Assembly (NCBI RefSeq): GCF_004010195.1
Contig: NC_057719.1
Coordinates: forward strand, 18,807,159 to 18,871,158
Reading direction: 5' to 3'
DNA: 64,000 nucleotides
DNA from: Chiloscyllium plagiosum
Lineage: Eukaryota
Below, in pieces: positions 1 to 12,935 of the stretch. The notes below the pieces were generated by a model, which did not search any database, was not told the DNA's origin, and was given only the letters and a program-made list of their open reading frames with translations. The position numbers were made by a program, and so were the translations under genes. Every line of letters begins with the position of its first letter. Position 1 is the first letter of the stretch.

Positions 1-467
1 ATCGTGTTTGATATTATTGAATGGATACCAGATGCAAGATGTTTGGCTTTTCCAGGTGCTCTCCCATGGTTCTGTTTGGGTTGAGAGTAAGATGTGACAT
101 GGAGAAATGTTTGTGGGACAGGGAAATACACATTTCCAGGGAAAAGATTTGTGATGGCAAGTTAATTATTTCACAATTATTTCCTTCAAAGATAATCAAG
201 TCATACGCAGTGTCATGATCCTGCGAGAATTGAGAAGAAATTCAAACACCCAGGTGCTAACTGAAAAAAATTGCCAATAGGTTTTAAAGAAATGATCTTT
301 ATAATGCAAGAAACAAGTAATGCAAACACAACTATTTAAATGCTGTCTTGACTGAATATTTGTGCTTAACTTTGGAAAACATAACTAATGCACTATCATG
401 TGTACTTTAAATTAAAATATTAAACAGGACCTCATCCTTTTTCCAAATAGAAGTAAATACCACTACT

Positions 468-562
468 AGCTCTGCTGAGAGTCAGCTAGACTCTTTTTTG
501 CTTGCTCTCTCCACGGATGCTGCTTGACCCGCTGTGATTTCCAAATTTCTTTTGTTTTCAGC
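468..562 (+). mobile_element. Degenerate PLE terminal (pLTR) fragment, family B
   Basis: ctctctccacggatgctgc...gacc motif shared with the PLE piece at 25040-25111; decayed ctg..gagagtca..tagactc core. Confidence 0.5.
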
Positions 563-974
563 ACTCATCTTTTTCCTGATGACTTAATCCAAGAAAATCT
601 TTGGTCACTTCTCAAGCTATTGCAAATTCTTTCATTTCCAGGGATGAGAACAAAGTACCACAGCGCTCAGAAATTCTATTTCTCCTCAGCATTACCGCAA
701 TTGCCTGAGGTACGAAATTTTATTAGTAACTTCCATTAGCTTTTGACTCAGGGATCACCCGACATTTCTTCAAAAGCTGACAACTGCACATTCAACTCAA
801 CTGTAGGCTTCACTACCCTCGTGGCTATAGCCTCCATCACTGAAATACTCCTGGCTTCTGAAGGCCCTTTGCTTGAGGTCTACTGCTGCTTTTCAAATCT
901 TAGCTGTCTCTTCCTTTCTCTGCCTTTCACTGACCAACTTGAGTGCTTTCAGCTCCACATCTGTTCCAAAAGGA

Positions 975-1315
975 ATGGCATAGCAGTAAAACCACAGAGC
1001 TAGTGATCCAGAACTCCAAGTTAATGTTCTGGCGACATGGGTTTGAATCCTATCGTGGTAAATGGTGAAATCTGAGTTTGATTTTAAAAAACCCAGAATA
1101 ATGCAGATTGGCTCATTGGCAACCATGTAACTGTCACTGATAATTGTAAAAACACATCTGGTTTACTAATGTCCTTTAGGGAAGGTAACTTGCTACCTTC
1201 ACCTGGTCTGATCTACATGTAATTTTGGACCCATAGCACCTTAACTGCCTACAGGACAATTAGGAATGAGAAATAAATAGTTAGTGACAACCACTTCCCA
1301 TGCATGATTAAAAAA
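975..1315 (+). mobile_element. tRNA-derived SINE, family 2
   Basis: B-box-like gggtttgaatcc; body tcctttagggaagg...acctggtctg; tail caattaggaatgagaaataaata; homologous to 15042-15395. Confidence 0.75.
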
Positions 1316-2235
1316 GACCCAAAGACCAGCTGGAAAAAGCAATTCAGATATCCAAGCAAGGTTCCACCTGAATGTTCATCTCTATGGCAACAGTGGTTAG
1401 TTGAGATGTCCAATAGATTTTCATATTAATTAACTTTTAGCTTCAAAATCAAACCTTTTGACCTTGAGGTCTGCATGAATAATTTACATTTCTAAATTAA
1501 CTCAGGGCAATTCTCTTTGGACTTAAAGCTTGCAGATTCCCAGCTAAATGAAGGCAGCCAACCTGTTCTACAGCTTTCGCCCTCTTATCCCTGATCTCAC
1601 AAGTTCACAAGGAGGCCTTTAGAACTGGTATTACTTTAAGTGTTCTGACAATTTCTAAAGTCCAACATTTTAATTACCTAACACTCATCAATTTAATCTT
1701 CTCAAATCTAAAAATTACCTCTAAAATATTGATATAAACCATGATGTAGATGGTTATGACAACTGAAAGGAATAAAAAATTAATGCTGCGCCTTTCACAA
1801 ACTAGTTAAATATAATAGCATATTGCATTGATTGCCACCCATTAGCTAACACTTTTCATGTTTAGGTTTAAGAAATACAAAAACCTTTAATCTTTTTGTT
1901 CTTATATTTTTGATTTTTTGACTATGTATTAGTGGGATAAAATTTTCATCTTAAAATCATCTGGAATTAAATTTGGGAAGGGTATAGAAAGGCAGCTGAT
2001 GTGCTTTTAGCATTTGAATGATTTTGTTCACAACCTGCTGAAGTAAAATGATTTGATTGCATATTTTAATTTTATTTAGAAACTCCTTTAAAGACAACTG
2101 TTGGCATTATCCTTGTAGAAACTGCTTTATGCTTTTAAGCAAAAGCATGGGGAGTAACAGATCCCTCATACATTCTCTATGGGGTAATACTTTGACCCAA
2201 CAGAGTTGATTTGTCACTCAATCAATACTACTTAC

Positions 2236-2692
2236 AGAGTCAAAGAGTCATTAAGATATACAGCATGGAAACAGGCCCTTCCGTCGAACTCGTCCAAACC
2301 GACCACAAATCCTAATCTAATCTAGTCCCATTTGCCAGCACTTGACCCATATCCCTCTAAACCCTTCCTATTCATATGCTTATCCAGATGCCTTTTAAAT
2401 GATGCACCCTCTGTGTGAAAAAGTTGCACCTCAGGTCCCTTTTATATCTGTCCCCTCTCACCCTAAACCTATGCCCTCTAGTTCTGAACTCCTCCACCTC
2501 AGGGAAAAAAAACCTTGTCTATTTACCCTATCCATGCCCCTCATGATTTTGTAAATGTCTACAAGGTCACGCCTCAGCCTCTGACTCTCCAGGGAAAACA
2601 GCCCCAGCCTGTTCAGCCACTGTCTATAGCTCAGATCCTCCAACCCTGGCAGCATCCTTGTAAGTCTTTTTGAACCCTTTCAAGTTTCACAA
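2236..2692 (-). mobile_element. CR1 LINE 3' fragment
   Basis: ORF 2458-2655 MLPGLEDLSYRQWLNRLGLFSLE.RLRRDL matches the CR1 ORF2 C-terminus; CR1 3'UTR and tail follow. Confidence 0.9.
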
Positions 2693-3006
2693 TTTGCTCA
2701 TACAGTGTAAATAGTTGAAATTTGGTATTCTTACATTTGTCCTGATAAGTGTATTCTTGGAGACAGATGGCCGAATAGCCTGTCTCCATTTCTGAGACTT
2801 TGTCACAGTTGTTCTTTAGAAATATTAGGTCCTCTGGCTCTTACCCCTGGCACACTCTCATCCCCTGCCCCTTTCTCATGCCAAATTATGGCAATGCAGA
2901 CCCTCAACTACTCCACATGGCCCCTTACAGCAACATGTCAATTTATTGAGCATTTATGCTCCCATTCACCTCCATGGTCATTTTAAAGTTGTATGGCAAC
3001 TTAGTA

Positions 3007-3141
3007 TGAAGAGTGTGCTGCTGGAAAAGCACATCCGAAACGTTGACTCTCCTCTCCCCGGATGCTGCCCGACCGGCTGTGCTTTTCCAGCACCATATAT
3101 TTCGATTCTGATCTCCAGCATCTGCACCCCTCACTTTCTCC
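3007..3141. mobile_element. Mini PLE insertion, family A, partly inverted
   Basis: TSD tggcaacttagta at 2994-3006 and 3142-3154; short inverted arm then ccgaaacgttgac...cactttctcc. Confidence 0.85.
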
Positions 3142-3289
3142 TGGCAACTTAGTACAAACAGATGTCTTCACCCACCCCTGTAGCTTCACATAGCATCTAT
3201 GTCAAATTAGGCCAATTCCTGTTCCCTATCTATAGCCCTTTGCCCTTATACTCTCTATCTCAATTCATCTAATATCCACACTGGACCGA

Positions 3290-3397
3290 TCTCAAGAGCT
3301 TTACTAAGATAAAATAAAGTTCTCAAGAACTTTGCTAAGATGAAATAAAATAAAGTTCTCAAGAGCTTTACTAAGATGAAATAAAGTAAAGTTCTAA
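3290..3397. repeat. Tandem triplication, 31-36 bp unit
   Basis: tctcaaga(g/a)cttt(a/g)ctaagat(g)aaataaa...gt repeated three times. Confidence 0.85.
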
Positions 3398-3639
3398 ACA
3401 ATAAATATTATTCGTGGTGTTCTTGTATATATATTACAACATAATAATGTTCACAGGCTTCACTGTATAACAATATACTTTCATTAATGAAAACCTATTC
3501 CACACATATTAATGTCTTCAGGTACATAATCCCTCAGTGATATTCATAACCCCATAAAAACGTTAACCATTTAATCACTTCTTTGAGCCATCAAGTAAAT
3601 AAATGTACAGCCCCACACCCATCACCACTGCTTTCCCCC

Positions 3640-3920
3640 CCAGATTTGAAATATCTAATACTAGGGGACATGCATTTAAGTTGAGAAGGAGGAAGTTCAA
3701 AGGAGATGTGAGGGGTAGGACTCTGGAATGCACTGCCAGGGATGGTGGTGGAGGCAGATACAATTAGAGGATTTAAGGGACTTTTAGATAAGCACATGAA
3801 TGTGCAAGGAATGGAAGGATATTGACCAAAGCAGAAGGGATTACTTCAATTAGGCATCATGTTTGGCACAACATCATGGGCTGAAGGGTCTGTTCTTGTG
3901 CTATGATCTATGTTCTATAC
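3640..3920 (+). mobile_element. CR1 LINE 3' end
   Basis: tctaatactaggggacatgcatttaag...tggaatgcactgcca...gggctgaagggtctgttc and tatgttcta tail. Confidence 0.85.
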
Positions 3921-5849
3921 TTCATGTTGATAGTAATAGGTTGTGATGAGCATTAGAACACCAATTAGAATTTTGTCAACAAATAGATATTGAAACTGAA
4001 AGATCAGATTCTTTTTAACTGTCACAGGTATAGGCAGGCATTTTTAAAATCAATTTTTAAAGAATATTCTATTTATTTAACTTCAGAATTTAACAGTTCT
4101 ATAGGCTTTTTTCGTTCTTCATGAGCATTTACTTCTAGTCTATAATTTTATAAAACACACACTGTTAGGTATGTCCCTGACTCCAGTGAAATTGCAGTCT
4201 GTTTAGAACTGAACACTGTGGACAAATGGTGCTGTTGATTTTGGTTTTCTGTTGTTATTGAGTCACATCCTATTCCCCTTCTCCCTAAAACCCAATAAAC
4301 CCCAGGTGAAATCAGGATCTGTCAGAAATGGGTGTGAGACTTCTGGATCTGTATTCTGTTCACCAGCTTTAAAGGTCTCCAGAGGCTTCACAACTCCCCA
4401 AAGCCTAAGCCAATATCTTGGATGGTTCTTTTGAAGAAGATTACTTCAGAAAATGTTGCAGCTTTCATTTTTCAATGTGAAATAAAAATGTTTATCTTTA
4501 CTATCGTGAGGATGCTTTTTGCTATGGATTTTCATTCTCATTCATTTTTATTGATGCACAAGAACAGCAAAGCAGGTCGGGATTGCAAAGTAGCAAGTCT
4601 GGCAAGTCTGCAAATCTTAGTGTCAATCATTGAAGAATTGTAGCACAGGACATGGAAATATCTCCAGCTTATTAAGATGAGCCTGCTTAGTTAATGGTGA
4701 TTGGATCTGAAAACCTCATGAACTCATGACTCAGTCTTCTCATATAGGTACAGGTCTATGATGGAGAAAAGTCTTCTTGATATATAGAACACTAGGAAGT
4801 TGTCCATGTAATTAACTTCTCTGACAATTTTGCGATTTAAAAGCTGTCTTTATCTTGCCAATATTTTTATTTTATATCCAGTATTATGAGTTGGATAAGT
4901 AGAGAAACAAGATGACGATTGCACAGAGTGTCAAATATAGTCAAAATTAGTAGATTAATTTCCAATAGATTTTCTTTTTTTTCATTTCTGATTCCCTTTT
5001 CATATCATTTCATCACTTGCTTGTTGGGAGTTTATCTGCCCGATTTTCTTGTGTGTTCAGTGTGTTCTCCATCTGCTCAACCGTGATTTGTTGGCATTTT
5101 ATGAATACTAAATTTGAACAAATCAACTGCAGTAAATTACCATATATATAACTGTGACACGGAAGTGTGAAACCTAAGCATGACACAGGAAGACTCAAAT
5201 AACAGATATAATGTGTGCTGTTCGCATAGAGTTAGATAGATTTAGCCTTCTATAGCAATCGTGATCATTGACAGTTTAATTCACAATTTATAATGATAAT
5301 TTTTTTTCTCTCATTCCAATGATTCCATCCATCCTATGAACTAATAGCTTCACAGTTTAGGTGCCTTGAACATTTTGGACTATGGGCTTTCACAATAATA
5401 TTTTTTATGTCTATTCAGCCAAAGAAAGATATGCAGGGGCTATGGAGAAAAGACTAGGGACGTGAGACTCATTGAAAAGTTCTTCAAAAGATTTGGCATA
5501 GGCATTCCAAACAGTCTCGTTTTGTGTGGTGTAATTTTAGGAACCAAGTACCAAGAGGTGAACATAAGGAACCCCTTTTTTTAAATGTTAACATTCTGAA
5601 AGGCATTTTACAAAGAAGGCATGTTTTCCACCTGGGTCTTGAAGTTACTTCTCATCTTAATCTGATTTTCAGATCCAGAGGTTTGGTATAGCTCAAACTA
5701 CCAATGAGACATTTTACCTGCACCATAATGTGATTAACCGGTGCTAAATCAACATATTGTTTATGGTACAGCATGTCATTCCTGCCTGTCATTGTTCTAA
5801 CTCTTATCAGTTATCTTATTAAATGGTTAGATTATTTTGCTTTCCTGTG

Positions 5850-6370
5850 ATAAGATTGTCCTTCTCCTGTGAGAGTTTGTCTGTGATTCTTCCTAGTCTC
5901 TGTTTCCAACACAATTTGAATAAGTTGCTCCAGGGTCAAATCTTCTTTTTGGACATTAATAAATCTGAGGAAGACTCATAAATAGTTCTCTTCCTTACAA
6001 AGTCCAGTTTCACAGCTCAATAATCACAGATGTCCATTATATATACAAGGCATTAATGAAACTATATGGATTCTCTAAGCTGTTGAAATTCTATTAACTC
6101 TTGCTCTTTCAATAATGTTATTTGTTCTCTGATTAATAGCCAAAAGTTTGAAGAGCTTCTTCAAAAGAATCTGTTTTATGTTTTGCTAACTTGTAACATT
6201 CTCAGCTGTAGGTCTTATTGTATTTGCTTGTTCAGCTTGAGGTTTAGATTTTAACTCTGAAGCAATTTTATAGTTTAAGAACTGTTTAGTTGTCCAATCC
6301 TGCAATCTATTCGGCCCATCTCTTATATTAAATTTCTGTGACAGCATTATTTCTTCTGCTGTATCTTTCT
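5850..6370 (-). pseudogene. gag: Decayed Ty3/Gypsy (Mag-like) gag
   Basis: Manual translation across frameshifts: QDWTTKQFLNYKIASELKSKPQAEQANT...NNIIERARVNR...SFINALY...CDY...DLTLEQLIQIV; resembles Mag-clade Gag motifs (W..F..Y.IAS.L, N.I.ERA.FN, DLTL). Confidence 0.7.
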
Positions 6371-6435
6371 AATTTGATTACATTTTCTTCTTTTAAAGCT
6401 CTTTTAAATTCTCTGGGATCTAAATACTGGTGCCT

Positions 6436-6458
6436 TCTCTCTCTCTCTCTCTCTCTCT
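6436..6458. repeat. (CT)n microsatellite
   Basis: Direct reading. Confidence 0.9.
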
Positions 6459-6657
6459 AGGAGATTATAAATTCTGCACTAAAGCCTTATCTTATTTATT
6501 TTACGAGCTTTCAACGTGTTCAGTACAGCCATGCGGTATAATTTGCTTCTAACAGAGCTTACAATTCTGTATTATAGCAATACCTAATTATTTTAATCTA
6601 ATCAACCTTTAAATTTTGCAAATTAATAATGTTATATCTCTGCTTACTGAATGTCTC

Positions 6658-6791
6658 CCTCCTTTTTATAAGCAAAATGAGGATTTCCCTCCTTTTATGG
6701 GTAAGATGGAGGTTTTTCCATTTCTTGCAGCAAGGGTGAAAGTTGCCCACCTTTTTTTGTGGGCAAAATGGAGACTTTGCCACCTTTTATG
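6658..6791. repeat. Imperfect ~30 bp minisatellite, about 4.5 units, in the putative retroelement leader
   Basis: Recurring cc(t/a)cctttt...gcaaaatggag unit. Confidence 0.55.
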
Positions 6792-7620
6792 TCCTGAAAG
6801 ACAATGCGAGCCTTCATCCAGAATTTTCCAATCAAGTTTTATGGCCGAGGCCTTAATAAACATTCCTATAAAATTTTGTTGTTTAAATGATTAAACTTCC
6901 ATTATTTTCATAGTCTTAAAAGTCTTCTAACTGTCTTCTATTAGATTCTGTAATCATTTAAGCTGTCCTTTTCTGACTGTAAACTTGCCTTAGGATATTC
7001 CAGATACTGCAGCTTTAGTGTAAACTAAATCTATGGCCCTTTGACTTTACTTCTGGAGCCATGCTTCATGACACACCCTTGATCTGGCAATGATGGTAAA
7101 TGCTCCTTTCTTCTTACTATCTTTCTTGGCCTGGCTCATTGCACTGTTAATTTAAAGGCTTTCCTCTTGCCTAACAGTGACTTGTAACTTTAAACACGGA
7201 GTTCTGAAATGGTCATTTCCCAGCTGAACCTTGGCTCACCTTTGCCTTATCAGATCTTTCTTCCTGTTCAATTACATAACTATGAAGTGGTTCCAAGCTG
7301 GCTCACACTCCTTTTCCTGTGGTCTGAATCAGGTCTGAAGTGATGGTGTTGGTTTGGAGTGTTGTTTGTGTCTTCTTGTTCAATCCAAGGATTCTATTTG
7401 CTGCTTGTGACTGTTAACTGACCAGAAAAGCAGAAAAACATTTAAAACATTAAATTAACTTGTCTTCTGAAATTGATTTCACCAAGATCAAATGGATTTT
7501 TCCAACTTTGTTGCCCTGTGGTACTTAAACAATGATGCTCACCTTTGCTCACCATATTGTAAGCGCTACTTTAGCAATCTCTACCAGCTAGTTGAGATAA
7601 AGTGTTGGTACAAATCCTCC

Positions 7621-8001
7621 TTCATTTAAAAATAAAACAAACAAGTTAGACAGACCCAAGTGGGGAATTGTAACAAAATGAAAATCAAACATTGAAAGGA
7701 AACTTACAGAATTGCACCAGAAAATTATCAAATTAAATCAAAATATTGTTGTCCGGTGACATGACACATCCCAGCCTCTGTGATGCCCATTGGTCCCTGA
7801 GGCCTCTATTGGATTGACACCACTTGCTCCCTCCCAATGAACACCCAAGTGTGAACACATTCACAAAGGAGGGGCAGATAGTTGGGTACTAAGAACACCT
7901 ACATCTACACTTTGAACCTTTTGATTGCCATTTTGGCCAGGTCCAGAAACAGACCGCTGAGTCGGCCCTCCTTTCTGCAGCTCATTTTAAAAAAAACTAA
8001 A
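7621..8001 (-). mobile_element. 5'-truncated L1/Tx1-clade LINE 3' fragment
   Basis: Minus translation GLFLDLAKMAIKR...YLPLL...RDQWA...NNILI* resembles the Tx1 ORF2 C-terminus (LLGLAK.AI...W); T-rich 3'UTR follows. Confidence 0.7.
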
Positions 8002-8015
8002 CAGGGAATGCAAAC

Positions 8016-8486
8016 TGTGAGAAACAGAACTCACAAATCAATCAGCCGGAGACAAAGCCTTGGAAACAAGAACAATTTATTACAGTCTCGCGAGAACTGG
8101 ACGCTTCTGTAATCAAACAGAAATGCGCGCGAAAATAACACATTAAAGCATTCCTATTCAGTTTACAAGTTGCGGAATCACGCCTCCCTTTTCCCATCCT
8201 ATCATAAGCCAATTGCCTCACTTGTTAGTTATTTTCTTATCTGGCCATCCTGCTGTCCTTGTCTGCATTCTTTGTTCCTTGTTTGTTACAGCTTGTTCTT
8301 TATTCCAGTTTCTCTTATCACACTATAAGCTTTGTGAAATGAAAGTTATTTCCTAGCTTAAAACTATTTTCTTTAGAAGACCCTCTATATTCATGAAAGT
8401 CTTAGCCTTAAGAATGCTACATGCTACAAGAATTCCGCGACCGTTTGTATAATGTTCCCCCTTCCCCTCCCCCCCCCAACATTACA
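8016..8486 (-). mobile_element. Putative LTR, about 471 bp
   Basis: Minus strand TGTAATG...CTCACA; AATAAA about 60 nt from the 3' end; CpG-containing; followed by a tRNA-like PBS and, further on, a gag relic. Confidence 0.5.
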
Positions 8487-8756
8487 CCCCCTCCCCCATC
8501 TGCAAAAACAACATTTCTAATCTCCCACACAAACGAAAACCATTCAACGTAATTGTCAGTTTCCTCCAGGCCACAAAAATTGCACGTTGCCTAATACTCA
8601 GTGAATCTCCAATCTTCCCTTCTACCTGAGTCTAAGGACCTATTTGGTTAGGAATCATAGATGATGGACCATGAGCCAATTCAATAAGAAGAGGCACTTA
8701 TTTGAACAAGATGCAGTTTATTCCATGCTAGAAATAGTTAGAAGTTGCACTGTCAA

Positions 8757-9062
8757 TAGGTGTGGAGCTGGAGAAGGTCAGCAAGTCAGACAGCATTGGA
8801 GGAGTAGGAAAGTTGACATTTCAGGTGGGGACCCTTTATCAGGACTGGGGAAGGGGAAGAGAGCCCAGAAAATATAGGAGGGGGGAACTTGGACTGTGGG
8901 AAGGGTAGGTGGAATGGTGACAGATAGGTGCAGGTAGGGGTATTCATGATTGGTCAATAGGGAGGAGTGGTGCGGATAGGTGAATAGAAAGATGGACAGG
9001 TTAGGTCAGAGAATTGTGAAGGAGTTGGAGGGTTGGAATGGGATGAGGCTGGGGGTGGGGAG
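8757..9062 (-). mobile_element. PLE 3' fragment related to family A
   Basis: Minus cctgataaagggtcccacctgaaatgtcaac (decayed hammerhead) with C-rich upstream tract. Confidence 0.7.
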
Positions 9063-9124
9063 AGTTGTTATATTGTTACAATCAAGAAGGACAATGCTGC
9101 AAGAAGACAATGATAATGCTTACA

Positions 9125-9900
9125 TACTCTGGATGTTGGAAAATTTAAAAAGGACGGAAAATGCTAGAGCAACTCAGCAGGTATGACAACATTGTTGTAG
9201 AGAGAAACAGATAACTTTTTTTGAGTCTGAAAAATGATTGTTTTAAGCTGTTGACTGAGGGGAGGGAAGAGCAAGTGGAACAGATGGCCCAGAGCAAAAG
9301 ACAAAAGGAGTCTTCACATTGATAAAGGAGGTATAGAGATGTTAAGTGCATGTAAATGATAGATGTGAAAAGAAGAAATGGTTATGCTGTGTTGAGAGTA
9401 AAGGCAATAAGACATGGGCAGGGGGTGAGAGTGGTAATTTAAGTTGTTGAAATCAATGCTGAGTGCTAGAGGCAACAAGTGCCTTAATGGAAAATTCGCT
9501 ATTGTTCCTCCAATAGGTGTTTAACTGCAACAGGTCCAGACTGGAAATGTTAGTATGGGAGCAAGATAGTTTATTGAAATGGCAAGCACCTGGAAGGGTA
9601 GGTAATTATTTATGACATAGCAACATGGTTCAGAAAGTGATTACCTGATCTGCATTTGCTTTAATTAACGTAAAGGAGACTGCATTGTGAGCAGCGAATG
9701 CAGTAGATTAAGTTGGAAGATGTACAAGTACAATGCTGCTTCCCCTGGAACCTTGAACTGTGAAGAGGGAGGGAATGTGAGGATTGCTATGAGTGACGGA
9801 AGAGTGAACCAAGAGAGAATGGTGCCTGTCAAATGCTGATAGCAGGAGGGAAGGGAAGATGTGTTTGGTGGTGGTCTCTTAATGGTGATAGTAGAAAAAG
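9125..9900 (-). mobile_element. Old PLE fragment with GIY-YIG endonuclease relic
   Basis: Minus translation FQGKQHCTCTSSNLIYCIRCSQCSLLYV matches the PLE EN motif N.IY.I.C..C...YIG. Confidence 0.7.
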
Positions 9901-12391
9901 TAGAGGAAAATCCTTAAATGAGCCAGGCATAGCTGAGGGTTTTGTCATCCAACAAACAACCCATCATAATGGCCAGTGATGCTGATTGCAGGAAAAATAC
10001 AGCCAGGACTGAGGAGAACTCCCCAAAGCCATTTGCCCATTTCCTCTATCAAGATGGAATAGACATTGCCAAGAGATTTTGCAGCATGTCAGAAATTTAG
10101 TTGCATTGGTTACAGATAGATCGAGGTAACAGCATAGGAATTCAAACATGTAACCAATAATTTGGAAGAGAGGTATTCAATTATCTGAGGTATTCATCAA
10201 TTAAAGGCAATATTTCAATGAATATAAAGTGAGTCATTTCTCGTGGAAGGGATCATTTCTGTTTTCTTCTCAAATTTTCTATGTGCCCATTGTCCCTCAG
10301 CAAATTCACTCTGCCTTTGGGTTAAGTTTGAATGAAAGTCTGATCATTAATTCAATGAAAAGTCTCCATCTTCAAGGTCAGACAAATTCAAATAGCAACA
10401 CAACTCAAAGCCTTGCCCCTTAAAAGGAACAAGTAAAATATGCACCATATGCTCATCTTTTGAAACGATGACAGAATCTGCATGACATCCGAACAAATCC
10501 ATTGTAAATAATTCTCTTCAAAGTGTCATTGATGGAATGATACCTTTTGAGTACACGGCTAGCGATCAATGATAACTCACCACATTATTTCTAGATTTAA
10601 GGAATCTGAAATTGTAAAAATGCTAATTGTTGCAATCAGGTGAGGAGGGATGAAAGTGCTCCTCTGTTTTGAAACCCCTTGCTTGGCTCTGACAAAGATT
10701 TTCATTTCTTTTTAGCATGCAGTTATAACACTATTCAGTTAAAACGTAGCACTTATCAAAATTAAAGAATCAATAACAAACTTTTCTTGAGCGTAAAAAA
10801 AAGTACAATTATCTAACTAACCTTAAGAAAGGCATTAAAATTCAATGTCAAGCACAAGTGCAAAATTTTATGAAGGGAGAGAGTCTAATACAATAGGAAG
10901 ATAAAAAATGTGCAGTTAACAAGGTCTTTAAGCCCCCATGAGTTGTTATAGTTAAACCTGAGACCACAGTTGTTTCATCAATGCACTGTATCCTCAACAG
11001 TGTTGAAATTGATAAAATGTTTTTGTTCTCAATGGATGGACGTTTCTCTGATTTGTTCTAGTTCCTGTGCTGGCACTCAAGATGTTGAGAAAGGAAAAGA
11101 GAGGCAAGCTTTGAGTTTCTTCTTGCAAATCTATTTTCCTCCTGTGTTCTGTCCAAAAGCTGTTTTCCTGAAATACAGTTCACTTGTGCATTCCCATGTC
11201 TGGCGTAATTAGGTTTTTTTTTCAAGCCCCAGGTATCTTTCATCCAGAAATGTGAAACTTCCAGGAAAATAAATCAGATGTAGGAGGCAAGGATTTCTTC
11301 ATGCTTGAGTGACTTTTGATGAAATGTGAATTACTACTCAGAATGTCTTTTTTTCTCACACATTGATTTAACCAGATCTACCCAGTCAAGTACACTATTG
11401 CAGCCTACCTAAGTCAATGATTTCTCCTTTCTTTAAAGGTCTTTCATCAACAAAAGTCTTAGGTATTAAAAACCTATGATAGAAATTGGAAAACTGTCAC
11501 CATATTTTATCATTATCATGACAGCTACTACACACAGGAATGTTCTCCCAAGTTGGCAGTTCTGACAATTCACCTTAATCTTAGTGAAGCCAAATCGGAT
11601 TGTCATACAGAGAGGAACAATATGCCTCTGCGTGTGGAGAGATGAAAAGTTACCTTCTTTGTTAACAGATGTTACAGCTAATCCACATGTTAGTCACCAT
11701 AAACAAATTTTACAAGTATCCACTTTGGAAGGGGGGAAAATAGTCAAACAGCCTCCAAGGCCATTAGAATTATTGTATCGTAGTACTTTATTGACTCACA
11801 ACATTACTATAGTCTTGTTGATCTGAGGTTGGACAATAATTATAAATTCACAAAGGGAACTTTTGGAATGTTGCAAAATGGAATTTGGTGCTAGCTTGGC
11901 AATCTATCTCATGAGGTTTGTGGGTGCTCAACTTTTCTTTTTCAGTCCTTCTGCTTATGGGTTTTTCCTGTTAATGTTACCCTTGATCTGCAAAGTTGGG
12001 ACATACTGTCAATAGGCATCTTCATGACACCCTATAATGCTGTTTTAAAGTTAACTTAAGACAACAATTATTTATGAAAGTAAGGCAGACAATGTGAAGT
12101 AAACTAATAGGAATGTTCCAATTTGACAAGGATAAGATAAATAGAGAAGAGGTATCCCCAGTGATTATTCAATCCATGACTGCACAATATCAACTTAATA
12201 TCTCCACCAGAAGAATGAAGAGAGAGCTTAGGGGAATTTCATTTATGCAAGTTGTACAGAATTAGAATAACACTTGAAGAACAAGGGTGGAAGCAGAATT
12301 CAGAGTGAGAGAGAATTTGCATTTAAACAACACAGATCACAATCTCAGAATATTTCAAACCACAAGTGTAGTTGCTGCACCAGCCATTTTA

Positions 12392-12935
12392 AAACAGTGC
12401 CATGGGATCTTCTATAGATCTTAGAATCATAGAATCCCTACAGTGTGGAAGCAGTCCATTCAGCCCATCAAGTTCACACTGATCCTCTGAATAGCATTCC
12501 AACCAGACCAACACCTCTTGCCCTATCCCTGTAACCCATGGCTTGTCCATCTAGCCTGCACATCCCTGAACAATATGGGCAATTCAGCATGGTCAATTCA
12601 CCTAACCTGCACATCTTTGAATTGTGGGAGGAAACCAGAGCACCTGGAGGAAACACAGACAGACATGGGGAGAATGTGCAAATTCTACACAGATTGCCCA
12701 AGGATAGAATTGAACATAGGATCCTAACACTGTGAGGCAGTAATGCTAACCACTGAGTCACTATGTTACCCAGACATAGCTTTGGCTGAACATCTCCTCC
12801 AAAAGATGGCATCTCCAACAGCACAGTGCTTGCTTCAGCCTTGCACCCTGAAATATCAGCTTAGATTTGTTTTCTATTAAGTGGGACTTGAACCTGCAAC
12901 TGTCTCCTGCAGATACAAAAGCCATATTCCTTAGT
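12392..12935 (-). mobile_element. DeuSINE (SacSINE1/AmnSINE-like), interrupted by HE1
   Basis: agtgccatgggatctt and aaagatggcatctccaacagcacag Deu-domain motifs; gtgggacttgaacc B-box complement. Confidence 0.6.
12422..12772 (-). mobile_element. HE1-type V-SINE
   Basis: tRNA head (ctcagtggttagca on the minus strand), V-domain, CR1-like tail with attctatg repeat. Confidence 0.9.

Noticed and set aside
3290..3397. Possible CRISPR-like repeat
   Set aside because: Units are directly tandem with no unique spacers; vertebrate context, no cas genes.
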